Positions 23,380 through 35,099 of a stretch of 35,811 nucleotides of DNA are shown here, piece by piece; positions within the stretch are counted from its first letter, which is position 1; every line of letters begins with the position of its first letter. Where the stretch lies: positions 4,015 through 39,825 of the forward strand of contig CAJNYT010000045.1 of the NCBI GenBank assembly GCA_905331485.1, written 5' to 3'. Origin of the DNA: Rotaria socialis. Its lineage: Eukaryota. The position numbers and the translations under genes were made by a program. The notes under the pieces were generated by a model. That model had not been told where the DNA came from and made no database searches. It worked only from the letters and a program-made list of their open reading frames with translations.

Positions 23380-23913
23380 TTTTTGTGTACTCAAAAAGTG
23401 AGTACACTCTAGAATCGGCCAGTGTGTACATCCGGCCGGCCGGTCGTAGGCACGATAACTTTCGAAAGGAGAGTCAGATCGTGATAAAATTTTCCATACA
23501 GTTCAATCGCATGAATATCTCGACCGAGTTCGAAGATGAGAAGGATCCTTCAAGAAATGGTTGAGTTATCGAAAAAATTGACATTTTTGACCATACCATC
23601 CCTGAGGAGAGGTACAGGGATTCTTTTCAAAAAACAAATTTTTCCCAGAATTATTCACAACATATACAAATCGACTCAGTTTTTAACGCTGATTTCGAAT
23701 CTGATATTAGTTTTGAACTAAATCGTAGCTTTCTAACGAAACATCGCCTGAAAGCCGTCTCAAAATGCACAAAAACTGCATCCAGAAATCAAATTGTCTA
23801 GTTTCTCATGATAAATTTGGTGTTCAGACATTTATTCTAGAATGACTCATATGTCTCATGCACTTTTTGCAGTACACATAACTCTCGGATGAACTCCGAA
23901 GTTTCCACATTTA
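23380..23913 (+). mobile_element. Interspersed repeat family, copy 3 (about 534 bp); an insertion present in duplication unit 2 only
   Basis: The flanks cctataactgacggctgcc | ... | ttctgttctactttttgtccagccgatgcac are contiguous in the paralogous unit 1 sequence (ccaataaccgacttctgtc ttatgttgttccactttttggttaactagtgcac at about 20110-20160). The element is therefore a post-duplication insertion. Same termini as copies 1 and 2. Confidence 0.7.
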
Positions 23914-24279
23914 TTCTGTTCTACTTTTTGTCCAGCCGATGCACTATTTTTTCATTGTTATCAAAAGACTAAACATATGTTTTTTAATGAAATATTTCTT
24001 TCATAATTGCTTTTAATCATTAACCAAAGCTTAGATGGTTATAATTTTTATCGTGGATTAGCTTTTATATGTGTACTTGGAGAATAGCCGCCAGCCTATT
24101 CGTTCATCAATGTGAAAATTTTGTTTTCAACAATTGTGAGTAAGATCATATGACGTTTCGAGTTCGTAGCTACATTTCACAGAACTATAATATCTATGAA
24201 GGCATCGTCGTGTTGAGAACACACAGTAATTTTTTTATTTTTTTCAAAAACATTGTATACATAAGATTCATTGTAATAT

Positions 24280-25818
24280 CTACAAGGTCTTTCTATAAAT
24301 TGATAATTTCACTTGATCGAATAGACAAAATTGATCGTTACTACTAGACACAATACACGCCAGCAATAGCACTATAAATTTTGTCTTCTCCGGAATGATA
24401 TTGACAAGAGAAAGTCGCTGGAACGATGTCAAATTCTTTATAACCACTTGAAATACAAGCAGAATAAATACAGTGAATAGTGAAAACTCGGTCGATAATG
24501 ACTTACTAAATATTGAACTTGCAACATCAATTGAATTTCTGTTCGGTGAAAAATGTATAGTCGCCAATAAGGAATCCATGTCATTTGGATTTTTCAATCC
24601 AAACCATGCTGATAAATTGAACATGGCTAATTTAAGATCAATCATATGAGAGAAGTTTTGAACAGATATGTGTTGGTAACTGGTCAGATCTTTATCAATT
24701 ATAAAGAAACAGGCGTCTCCGACTTGAGACACGTTCGCTGGTACATTTGCTTGAAAATGAATAATTTTCATTGGGTCATTGTTCTTTACATCTCTCCAAT
24801 GTGACGTGAAATTGAGATGGCACTAGAAGAAGCGCAATGAAAAATATTCTAAAACGCAATATTCTGTAAAACTAACTTCCGTCTCAGCTTGATCACTCAA
24901 AATCAAATTTTGCGAATTGATATTACTGAACGAGCCGTTCGGTATACGAGTATTCATCAAAATATTTGGCTTAAAGCCGAGATACACTATTGGATTCAAT
25001 AATTCATCTCCAATGATACATTGATATAGATCTACATTAGTTAAATCCATATTTTGAACAACGCCACCATGAATGATTGATTGAACGAGATAGGCACCGG
25101 TAAACTGCGTTTGATAAAGCTGATCGTCGTGAAATTGAGCTTTAGTAAGATTGGTATTTTGAAAATTAGCACGTAATAGATCACTCAAAATAAATTAAGA
25201 GCCAGCCATCGATGAATTCTCAAATACGGCGTCTATGAGAGTACAACCATCGAATGTGGTATTTTCGAGGTACACTCCGGGTAAATGAAGAAAGGGAAAT
25301 TCGCATGACTGTGTTGATGTTTGTATGAGTTTCATTCCACTAAAATCTGCCCCACGTATATCAATATTTGGTGTGTGATCGTGTCGAATTAAACGGCTTT
25401 CATACAGAAAAATAAAAACATCCCGTTTACGAGCCCGATCAAGATACATCAAAACGGTCAATGTTTGTACTCGAATCTGTAATAGAGACTTGTTGATATT
25501 TTGTTCGAAATTTTCATCTAAAAGAAGATCTCTCATATCATCCATATACTCTTTGAAGAGAATCCTTCGATTCGTTTCATCGGCTTGTCTTTGATCTTGG
25601 TCACGTGTCGCCCTAGCCGCAGCATCTTGTTGTAACGTGAAGACAATCGTAAACACTCCAAAAACAATAGTTGGCAATGCAGCAAGTGCAAGCTTGAATA
25701 TATTCATACATTTAATTGACTTTGTTTTCTTACGAGTCACCACATCAGATGACGTTTGTCCCACAGATGATGACACGATTGAATGTTCTCGTTTGAAATC
25801 AATTGCATTTTTGCCCAT
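24280..25818 (-). pseudogene. Pentapeptide-repeat single-pass membrane protein, tandem copy B; in-frame TAA inside the repeat domain (probable pseudogene or needs sequence verification)
   Basis: Exon 1 25818-24877 (942 nt, same length as copy A exon 1), 54-bp intron (gaa|GTTAGT ... ttcttctag|tgccat), exon 2 24822-24280. TAA at 25195-25197 replaces the AAC codon of copy A (MAGS* versus MVGSN) in the same frame with no frameshift. Exon 2 extends about 65 codons beyond copy A's stop and encodes a second hydrophobic segment FSLFTVFILLVFQVVI. The N-terminal 60-residue TM region is nucleotide-identical to copy A. Confidence 0.7.
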
Positions 25819-26689
25819 GATTCTTTGAATGATAAAGACACTAAAAAAATCTGAGAAATCAAAATCAAAATCGATATTATCTAAAAGCAATATTGCAGAA
25901 AAACTTCTCTGAAAAATTAATTAACACTTTCTATCTAAAAATATGCATTCGTCTAGCTAAATCGCACCTCTCTATTTAGTATTTCAATATCATGGGAGTC
26001 GTTCTGACAACTTCTTAGATAGACTTCTTGTAATGTGAAGAAAACGCCGAATAATAACAATTAAAATTATCGTATCACCGATGATCTCATGAAAAATGTT
26101 AATATAGTGGCATTATTAATAAGGTGAATATTGACGTGCTAGTCGTACTTGTATTCAAAGCAAATAAACTCGATATATCAGTGGCGATATCAAGTTAAAA
26201 CCTACAAAACAGTATCCCAATATCATTGAATACATTAGATTAGCATTTTTCTTTTTCATAATAGTCGCGATTTCAATTGTGTTAGATTGAAACTACTAGT
26301 TATCAAAATACAAAGGTACACTTAGTGTTTTTCGTATGAATCATATTTGCATTATGAAACATTCTGTGACGTCGACATTAATATTCTACCCACAGTTGAT
26401 TTCCATACATCTGACAATCGCTAGATTGTTTGATACTGTTTTCTAATAAAAAAAACTTTATTAGATAGACTATGTGGTCAAGTAATATAGAATGACTATC
26501 ACATGTTCGATAATTACCTATCTCAAGTTAAAATATACTCATTTAAATTCATGAGGTTGTCCAGCGAGTAAGATATATGTATGGCTATCACTGTCGAATC
26601 CGCCCGCATCCACTCCCCGTTTATCATTACTCTATCACCGATCGAAACAAAGTGATCAATCATGCAACACTGTAATTTGAAAAAACGTC

Positions 26690-26900
26690 TAGATTTTTAT
26701 TTTCAAATATGCCTTAGACGACGAAAAGGAAGAACCACACACCAACAATTGCACACATATGAACAAAATTTATAGACACAACGAAAACAAAAAAGAAATC
26801 GCCAGATTGAACAAATACAATACACACACATATACGACAAAACAAAAAAAGAAGAATATTTCATACGTTTTTCGTGATCTGGTTTCTAAATAGACAATCA
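26690..26900. repeat. A/C-rich low-complexity tract (CA/ACA-rich)
   Basis: cacacaccaacaattgcacacatatgaacaaaatttatagacacaacgaaaacaaaaaagaaatcgcc...acacacacatatacgacaaaacaaaaaaag. Intergenic, between the SUN gene 3-prime end and the upstream side of the pentapeptide copy B promoter. Confidence 0.5.
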
Positions 26901-27062
26901 TACAAGAAACAAACTAAGCGTATTTTTATTATATGTTTTACAAACAAAAACAAAGGTTAATTATACAAAAACATCAAAACGACTTATTCAATATGAACAA
27001 TCGATATGATGGAATCATAGTTAAGTCTTTTTCGGAAAAAGAAAACAATAGCGCAATTATCT

Positions 27063-29739
27063 TTAAACAGCTGTTGGCGTGACACTTTGCATGTCGCCAT
27101 GAACTCGAAATCTGTACAAACATGTATAAGCTGGATTACCCCAATTTGATGTTATTTGTACTTCAATATATTCAACAACGGGTACATTAGCAATCTAAAA
27201 TAGAATAGAATTAGTTATATTGAAAAAAAAAACATATAAACGTCACATACTTGAGGTTTAAATCTTTGAAGTGCCGCACCATTTTCAGCATCATAATTAT
27301 ATCGACCAAGAACAGTACCTTCCTTATCATTTTTATCTTTCAAAGCCTAACAAAAACAAACAGACACAAAGAATATTATTCTTATAATAAAAGATTAAAT
27401 TTTCTTTTCATTTACATAAACTGTAAAATTATTTGGTGCACTATTTGTATGTCCAACGATAGAAATACTTTTCGATAGATGTTCAAGTACGAATTCAGTT
27501 GGTATAACAGGTACAGCCAATCGAATAACTACACTTCCATGATTACCTTTAAATGGAAAACATTGACCAGGCATACGTCCATGCTAGAAGATAAATTTTA
27601 TTTAAAAATTCAAACAAAAAAATTCAAGAACAAACTTTAATGATTATATCTGGTTGTTTTGACATATGAACAATAGGAATGCCAAGAAATTTCACAACTT
27701 TTTGTTGAGGTTCATCTGTATATTCTTCACAACGTGTATCAACAACTTTTCCTCCTAGAAACAAAAACGATGATGATAGCTTTCATTACTCTTTTCAATC
27801 TATTTACCATTAGCTTCTAATGCATAATCAGCTTGTCCAGTTTCATCAGCTGAATATTCTTCGATTAATTTTCGAGCCAACTAGAACAAAAATTTTTATT
27901 TAAAAAAATATTGATTTTCCTTAAGATTTAATTTACTTGAATGAATTCTCTTTCTTGATCAGGTTTTAAAGCATGTCGTCTAGAAAACAGCAGAAAATTT
28001 GTATTTTTTTGTTAGTACCTTCGATTAAACTTACGTTCCAACAACTTTCTCACGTTCTTGTTTAAGTTCTTCGATAAGTTTATTGACTTTTTGTAGGCCG
28101 GCTTCATAATATTCCTTAGCATTATCAGTTGTTGTTTCAACAACACCAACAACACGATTTTTAACACCACGAAACGAGCCTAGTAATTTGTTTTTCGTCG
28201 AAGAGCAAAAATTGCTTAACGATTTTAATACAGAATTTTTAACATTTATTGTTGAACGATAAACTTTTTGAAGCTTTAGAAGGCCAAGATTATATGTACG
28301 AAAACGAGTAAAATCAGTAGTATGTTGAATATTTTGACAAATGGTATTCACTTTTGAATTTCGATTATTTGCAAATGGTTTACAAGCCAAATAAGGTACT
28401 AAAAAAAATAGATATAAATAGATTAATAAGAATATAAATAATTGACCTACATGCATAAACAGTAAGTAAAATAATAAGTGGTATAAGTATCCACCATGGT
28501 AAAACTTTGAATTTGTTCCAAACTGTATCAAAAATATCGATAGGTAAATGGAAAGCTTTTTTTAAGCAACAAACAGTTGTTTTACAGCAATTCCTTAAAT
28601 GTTTACAGCTACCATCATCGTGATGATCTTTTCGGTGTTTTGTTGCTTTACGTTGTTGATGTTGTTGTTCACTCTCATTATCGTGTGGTGTTGAATGAAC
28701 TGGACGTGAACGAAGATTATAGCCTGTTGCTCGACTACCTGATGCTGATGATTGAGATGATGTACGAATAAATCTTGTACCACCGATTGTCCCTTCACTT
28801 GTTGGTGAATCTGGTGTTGATGCTTGTTGATGACCACCAGTAAGTTGACATACACGATCGCAAACAGCACCATAGCCATTGGCTAATTGTGATCGAACGG
28901 TACAAAATAGATGACACGGTAATGAGAGTAATGATGCTGTACGATTTTGATCTTCATTATGTAAACTACGACGAGCCATGACGGGAATCTCGTATGTAGT
29001 TGTTTGTAATGTAGGTGCATAGGCATTGCTAGAGAGAATAATAAACAATGGATTTAATTTGTCTTAAAAATCGATTCGCTACGATATGAATTATTCGTAA
29101 ATAGCTTTCATCTATTCGATCTTGATCGTTCGAAGCCTCCTACTGAGATTGACATTTTAGAAGAGAAGCGAATAAATAATTATGTTATATATAATCTACA
29201 TCGTAGCGAAAGTTGTAATAGAAATTTTCATTTTACTCTACACTTCCGGTAGAGCACATCTGCTTAGGGAATATCAGATAAAGTTGATTAATACAGTAGT
29301 GCATGTATGTGCATCCGGTTGAAGAAGCTTATAATCACCCTTACTAATCAATAACAATAGGCTCAAATAATAAGTACAATATCTGACGACTACTCAACAA
29401 TCAATGGATTTGATTTCCTCTATTTTAAATACTCACCTATGAGCATATGTATAACTTGTCGATTGGAGATCACTGGAATAAAAAAAAGTAAAAAATTTTG
29501 ATAAAAATTTAATTGAGGCAAATATTTTACTGAGTAGGTGATTTAGTACTTTCGAGTACTTCTTGTACGCTTCGATTAGCAGCAGCCGATGCCATTCGAC
29601 GAGTTACTACTGAATCAGTTCGTGCTTCGGTTTCAATATACATTGGTCGGCGAGTTGTTGTCGACGAACTCGTAGTTGTTGTTCTATTCGATGATGATCG
29701 AACTTCAGTTATATCATCATCGGTGAGTGTATCAGTCAT
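27063..29739 (-). CDS. SUN-domain (Sad1/UNC-84) inner-nuclear-membrane protein, 9 exons, 593 aa
   Basis: Exons (minus): 29739-29531, 29028-28451, 28398-28035, 27979-27937, 27880-27808, 27754-27636, 27583-27416, 27346-27251, 27194-27063 (stop TAA at 27063-27065). Lengths sum to 1782 nt, phase-consistent. Donors include gtaaaat, gtaggt, gtaagt, gtaaat, gtttgt, gtatgt. Product: S/T-rich N-terminus (MTDTLTDDDITEVRSSSNRTTTTSSS...), TM helix VLPWWILIPLIILLTVYALPYL, a coiled-coil-like region, then a C-terminal SUN domain ...DYALEANGGKVVDTRCEEYTDEPQQKVVKFLGIPIVHMSKQPDIIIKHGRMPGQCFPFKGNHGSVVIRLAVPVIPTEFVLEHLSKSISIVGHTNSAPNNFTVYALKDKNDKEGTVLGRYNYDAENGAALQRFKPQIANVPVVEYIEVQITSNWGNPAYTCLYRFRVHGDMQ. This matches the conserved blocks of SUN1/SUN2/UNC-84 (GxCWxFxG, TLEHIPK, SSAPKDFAVYG, NWGHPEYTCLYRFRVHG). 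The ORF track's M at 29048 and at 29748 are TTG codons; the true starts are the ATG at 29739, with a first splice joining exon 1 to the acceptor at 29029. Confidence 0.85.
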
Positions 29740-31494
29740 TGTGTTCAACTTTTTTATTTTTTTTCTATGTTTATTTAAACAAATCTATAAGATTTAACAA
29801 AAAGAAAAAACGAATTAACGTCTCATGTTGAACTTCTTTCCTTGTTGTTTCCTCTTTCTGTTCATATACATGCAGCTATGTGTTAGCGTCGGTGAACGAT
29901 ATGAACAAAGAACGACCGTTTTGCTCAAGAGAAGAAACAGACGGAAAAGAAGAACCAATATCCTTCTCTCTTTCTTCCTTACGCGTACATGACCATCTAT
30001 CTCTATCTCGTTGACCATCCATCGAACATAGTGAGGGATTGTACAGACACATGCACAACACATTAAAAAAAAAGGAGAAACGAAAGAAATTGCTAAGTCA
30101 CATTGAAGTCATTCGTTTCACCAAATCGAATTTTTTTTTCTCATTCGAAGTAAAAAAAACTAACTTGATGATAAATCATCGAGGTTAGACAGATAACATT
30201 TTCATCTGCAGTATGTCAAATAAAAAGGTTATGATCAAAGATAAATAATATGAATGAAAAAAAGCTTGATCAGTAGCTAAAAAAGAACTCCGAAGGAAAT
30301 CAAACTGTCTTAGATTAATAACGTCCTTGGGATTAGTTCAAAAGGAATGGATTCTATGAATAAATTTCTCAGAGAATAAAATATGAGATATTGATTTCTG
30401 CACTTTGAGTGGATCAAAGGATTACTTCAGATAGAAAAAAAGATATTTACGAATGCAATCACCTCTTCCGTTTCGTTTTACATATTTGAGTAATACAAAG
30501 ACATGCCTTCTCTTTCCTGTGGCAAACAACTTGTTTCTTTGCTTAATAGACTACCTGTTTCATGTTACCAGAGTTCATCATGATGGCCAATAGAAGACAT
30601 TTAGATGATACGCTTCTACTGATCGTATCTGATTTTTTTACCTTGATAAGATCGAATAACTATGCTCTGTAAAAAAATATTTAAAATAAATTGTTTCGTA
30701 TGGCTACTTCATTTTCAAATAATTAGAATAATTTCGATGAATCGATTTCCGGAAAATAAGCATTAGTTTGGCATCTGTTTTACTAGTTATGATAGATAGG
30801 TTTAACCGAATCGAACAGCGGAAATGTGTGAAAAATAGATTTGATTCGATTAACTGTCTCCTAGGATCGATGATATGTACAGAGGAAAAAAAAGATTCTA
30901 ATACTATTGGCTTACCGTTTAAAATCTTTATTAAACAAGCAAAAAAAAGAGAGTTGCAACATTCTCTGTCATGTATTGTGACAGCATCTTGTACTATGGA
31001 CGCAACGAAACATCAATTATACGTTGCATTTACGCATAAAATTTAATTGTGTGAATTCACATGTGTCACATAAAGAGTAGTATGCATAAAAGTGAGTGAT
31101 GTTGATAGATACGAAAAAGAAAATATTGTGTAATATTGAGACCATGATTACCGAAACAACTTTTCTCTTCTCTCGTACTAACTTTGAGTCAACCAAGTGA
31201 ACTAACATAGATTGACCTCTACAGACAATTTCTTGGTGTCAGTAAGTGTAAATTGATCGATTTCTCTTTCGCATATGCCACCAAGAACAGATAGACAAAG
31301 AACGTTTCGACCAATCAGACGTGAGTTCTTTGTTTCTGTTCTGTCAAGTATGTCACTTACCAAGATATTTCTTGCAAAATCGATGATGTGATGTGTTGAG
31401 ATCAATGAACAATATTTTCTAGTCTTTCATCAACTCATTAATGTGCATTGATTTTACTGACAACTAGCGACATCAATGCCAGATAATTTCACCA

Positions 31495-31895
31495 TATGAT
31501 GCGTTCGGAGAATATTCACGGAAACTCGATTAAGTGCTAGGGAACCAAACTTAGCAGATATAATAGATATAGAGATATACAGCATATAGGGAGGAGGGGG
31601 GGGGTCTAGGAGATACAGGATATATATTTTTTTCTCTTTCATCTCTTAATTTTTTAAAATTATAACTCAACATAAATAAAATTTTCCGTCACAGATATTA
31701 CTGATATCAATATTTATTTGTTGAGCCTTGGTCATTGCTTATCAATCTCCTATAACTTCTATAACTCCTGTAACCCCTAGATCTCCTAGGCCCCCTATAT
31801 GCTGTATATCTCCCTATCTATTATATCTGCTAGGTTTGGTTCCCTAGCACTTAATCGAGTTTCCGGGGATATTCTCGGAACGCATCTAATCAATT
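31495..31895. repeat. MITE-like inverted repeat: two arms of about 118 bp (about 90% identical) around a 170-bp AT-rich spacer
   Basis: Left arm gcgttcggagaatattcacggaaactcgattaagtgctagggaaccaaacttagcagatataatagatatagagatatacagcatatagggaggagggggggggtctaggag. Its reverse complement recurs at about 31783-31895 (ctcctaggccccctatatgctgtatatctccctatctattatatctgctaggtttggttccctagcacttaatcgagtttccggggatattctcggaacgc). Contains a G10 run at the inner end of the left arm. Confidence 0.6.
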
Positions 31896-33159
31896 TCACA
31901 TTCCAACACCTATCCGTACATAAATATGTAAAATTAATGTAGCATATATTGTTTATCGGTCTTAATTTGAATATAAAAAGATTGAAGTTCATTCAAACAT
32001 GACAAATCTAGTCATTATTTTTGTTTCTTTTTAATAAACATGATTAGTATGATTTGTCTATGAATATTTTGTAAGCTGAGATTTTATATAGTAATATAAT
32101 AAGTTTAATGGAATTACACGCATGACCTGCTAAACTTTTAAACTTGATACACATGTCCAGCAATATTGCGCTCGAACATACTGTGATGCTAACGTAAGAA
32201 CATCAAAGAACAAGAAACGATTGTCGAATTTTTAATCTGCATAAAGCGACGCATATGTATGCATATACAAATCACGTAACCAAAATGTTGACATTAACGC
32301 TCAATTATAAATTCTCTTGTTTTCATGATTAGAATCATTAAACAGCATTTACTTGTTTAGCTTCACTAACCACCAATCAAAGAACATCTAAGAATAATTT
32401 ATTCATTTTTATTGTACAAAATGAATTGAACATGTACAGTTTCAAATTTGAGATATAGTTAGTCTTTGTTTTTGTTAGTTGAGATCATTGTAAGCTTGTT
32501 GTATAAAAATGAGAAGTAACTACCAATATACACGAAATGATTTCTTTCGAATAAAACTTCAAACTATCGCTCGCGGAAAACCTAGATTATTCATTACTCA
32601 CAAGATGCTACATCAAATATAAGTAATTTCGTTTTTTTAAAATTTCTTTCAATAATAAATATTAATTGTCATTACGAATCAGAGACCGTTACAAACAGGG
32701 CAAAATATAGAGATCAATCATGATAGTTTTGTCTATCAAATGATATACGGTAGATTTTTCAGTCAATTATGTGAAGATTATGATCGATTACAATGCATGT
32801 CATTATATGCGCCAGTCGCTATGAACTCTGTCACTGTCTAATTCGGACAATACCACTGTCCTCATTTTTACATTATTTAATTCAATTATAAAAATAAAAA
32901 TACTGGCTAAAGAGGAATATTTTCTGACGGTTTTGGTACATGCATAGTTTTGGCAAACGATAATCAAAAGTAATAAATGATGACGATAGAATTTCATTTT
33001 ATGAAAGTTAAAAAAATAAATGATTATTAATAATCGATTATGGAATTTATTTCAAGATTTCATCAAGAAACCATTACAATTAAACTAATTTCATATCAGC
33101 ATGCTTTGATGAAACGAGTAAATGAATTGGCTCAACACAAAATAAATCATTTGATCTAC

Positions 33160-33245
33160 CCATGCAATAAAAACCGCATGAAAATCGGCGGTTAACCGCG
33201 GTTATACCGGTCCGGTTACTGGCTCCCATGTCAGTGTAATTTTCG
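33160..33245 (-). repeat. Inverted copy of the GGGAGCCGGTAACCGG(A/C)CGG repeat (left boundary of a candidate foldback element)
   Basis: The reverse complement of cggcggttaaccgcggttataccggtccggttactggctcccatgtca is tgacatgggagccagtaaccggaccggtataaccgcggttaaccgccg. This matches 35148-35200 (tgaaatgggagccggtaaccggagcggtaataccgcggttaaccgc). Confidence 0.55.
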
Positions 33246-34099
33246 GCAAAACCTGTTGCGGTATTTACAACATGGGTAATCTTAGATGTTAATAGTTGAC
33301 AATGAGCAACTAAACTACAATTATCTCCGACAAAAAAATAGAATTTTTTTTTATCATTAGAATGTTTAGAAATTTTCAATACATATTTTGAATACTTATG
33401 ATAAATTTGATTAAAATTAAATTCTCTATCAGTCATAATTCGACTGTTATTTTCGTTATCTTCATCATCGTTTTTATTTGTTCGATTAATTTTATTTGAT
33501 AATTTTTTATTCATACGCTTAATAACATTATTTGACATTAAAAGTATCATAATACTTGTACATATGTCAAGTAAACCTGTTAATTCTTGATCTAGCCGAG
33601 AATCTTCATTAATATTTATTAAGAGCCATTCCGCGTAATCCACAACCTATTCATGTAGAAGTTGCTCAATCGATGGAAACCGATTTGACTCCTTTATGTA
33701 TAGGTTCGTAGGGGAAAGAGTTTGATGAATTTCTGCGCAAGCCGTTTCAAAAAATATTGTTTCGTTCCTGAGAGCACCCTCCGAAAAAGGTGACATTTTT
33801 TGAGATTTTTTGTAACATTTATATCTATTCATGAGTACATCTGTTTTGGTTGAAGTTTATATTATAAGTCGACCTAAGTTTTATCTATTTTTCTTAAAAG
33901 AAACAAACTCAAATAGGTGAGTCATCTGTGAGTTGGTTGGGGCGACAAAGTCGAGGAAAATTTCTACTGTTTTTACGATATTGTGCATGTATATAATGGT
34001 TGAACAGTTTCTATCAGAAAGCTGAAATTTTGTCCACTGGGAGATCTTATCAAGTACTAACTCTGATAAAATATTCAGCTCTTCAACTAGCTCCTATGG

Positions 34100-34875
34100 C
34101 TCATGGGATCCTCGTCAAAAAAGAAACCTTGATCAAAATCACCATTTTCAAGGAGAGATGTTTATAGCAAAATCAGACCTGCAGAAGTTCTGTCATTATG
34201 ATTTCAAACTGCATACATAGTACTACAAAGTTCTGCAAAAATTAGGGTGGGACAAACTATATTACCGTTCAGAGCCTTATCTGAAGTTGAGTAAAAGAGC
34301 TGTATATTTTTAGCAAAATTCTTTCAGATTTGTTCCGAAATAAATAACAACATGATATAATAGAAAGAAACTTACTATCTACTTTAGGTGAGCACACAAT
34401 CCTCTACTCATTGAGGTATAAAGATCCTTTGAAAGTGAGAAAAAAAAAATTTCGACAAAAAACCGTGGAGGGGAGCGCAACATTAGTTTCATTATCGAAA
34501 TCCCTGTATTTCCCTCCATGGTTTTTATCGAAATATTTCTTTCTTACTTTCAAAGGATCTTTATGCCTCAATGAGTAGAGGATTGTGTGCTCATATATAG
34601 TAGATAGTAAGTTCCTTTCTATTATGCAGAATTGTCATTTATTTGTGAACAATTATAAAATAGTTTAGCTTACAATATACCGCTTTTTATCTCATTTTCA
34701 GATAAGGCTGTGCTGAGCAATATGCATGGTCCCATCCCAATTTTTGCAGGACTTTGTAGTACCATGTGTACAGTTTGAAACCACCAAGACAGAACTTATA
34801 CAGACCTGATTTTGCTATAAATATCTCTCCCCAAAAATGGTCATTTTCATGAAAATCGCATTTTTGACGAGAATC
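34100..34875. repeat. Long hairpin palindrome of about 780 bp (foldback-like)
   Basis: Inner arms 34354-34445 and 34530-34620 are essentially perfect reverse complements (gaaagaaacttactatctactttaggtgagcacacaatcctctactcattgaggtataaagatcctttgaaagtgag versus ctttcaaaggatctttatgcctcaatgagtagaggattgtgtgctcatatatagtagatagtaagttcctttc). Outer arms 34100-34330 and 34690-34875 are about 80% complementary (for example aatttttgcagaactttgtagtactatgtatgcagtttgaaat versus aatttttgcaggactttgtagtaccatgtgtacagtttgaaacc). The centre, near 34490, is also a small palindrome (aaaaccgtggagggga / tccctccatggtttt). Confidence 0.6.
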
Positions 34876-35099
34876 ACTTTCGTCTTAGAGGTTAGCTACG
34901 GAGCTAAAATTTCTATCGGAGTAAGTACTTATCAAGATCTGATTGCAGCCTAAATTTCAGTTCTCTTATATGATTCGTTCAAGCCGATAGGTACACGCAC
35001 AAAATCTCGAAAAGTGAGGAATTTTTCATGAATTCTGTTATTCCAGTCAACTGTTTCACGATTTAAGCAGTTCGCATGTCGCGAATACCACTTCAATTT

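Noticed and set aside
28577-28879. H/Q-rich ORFs on both strands inside SUN exon 1
   Set aside because: Alternative-frame and antisense readings of the histidine/glutamine-rich coding segment of the SUN gene. They are not independent genes.
33080-33832. Two minus-strand ORFs (187 and 61 aa) with faint resemblance to hAT C-terminal dimerisation motifs
   Set aside because: Extremely AT- and N/K-rich low-complexity translation. One end is simply the translation of the GGGAGCC...CCGG repeat. No catalytic motifs were found.
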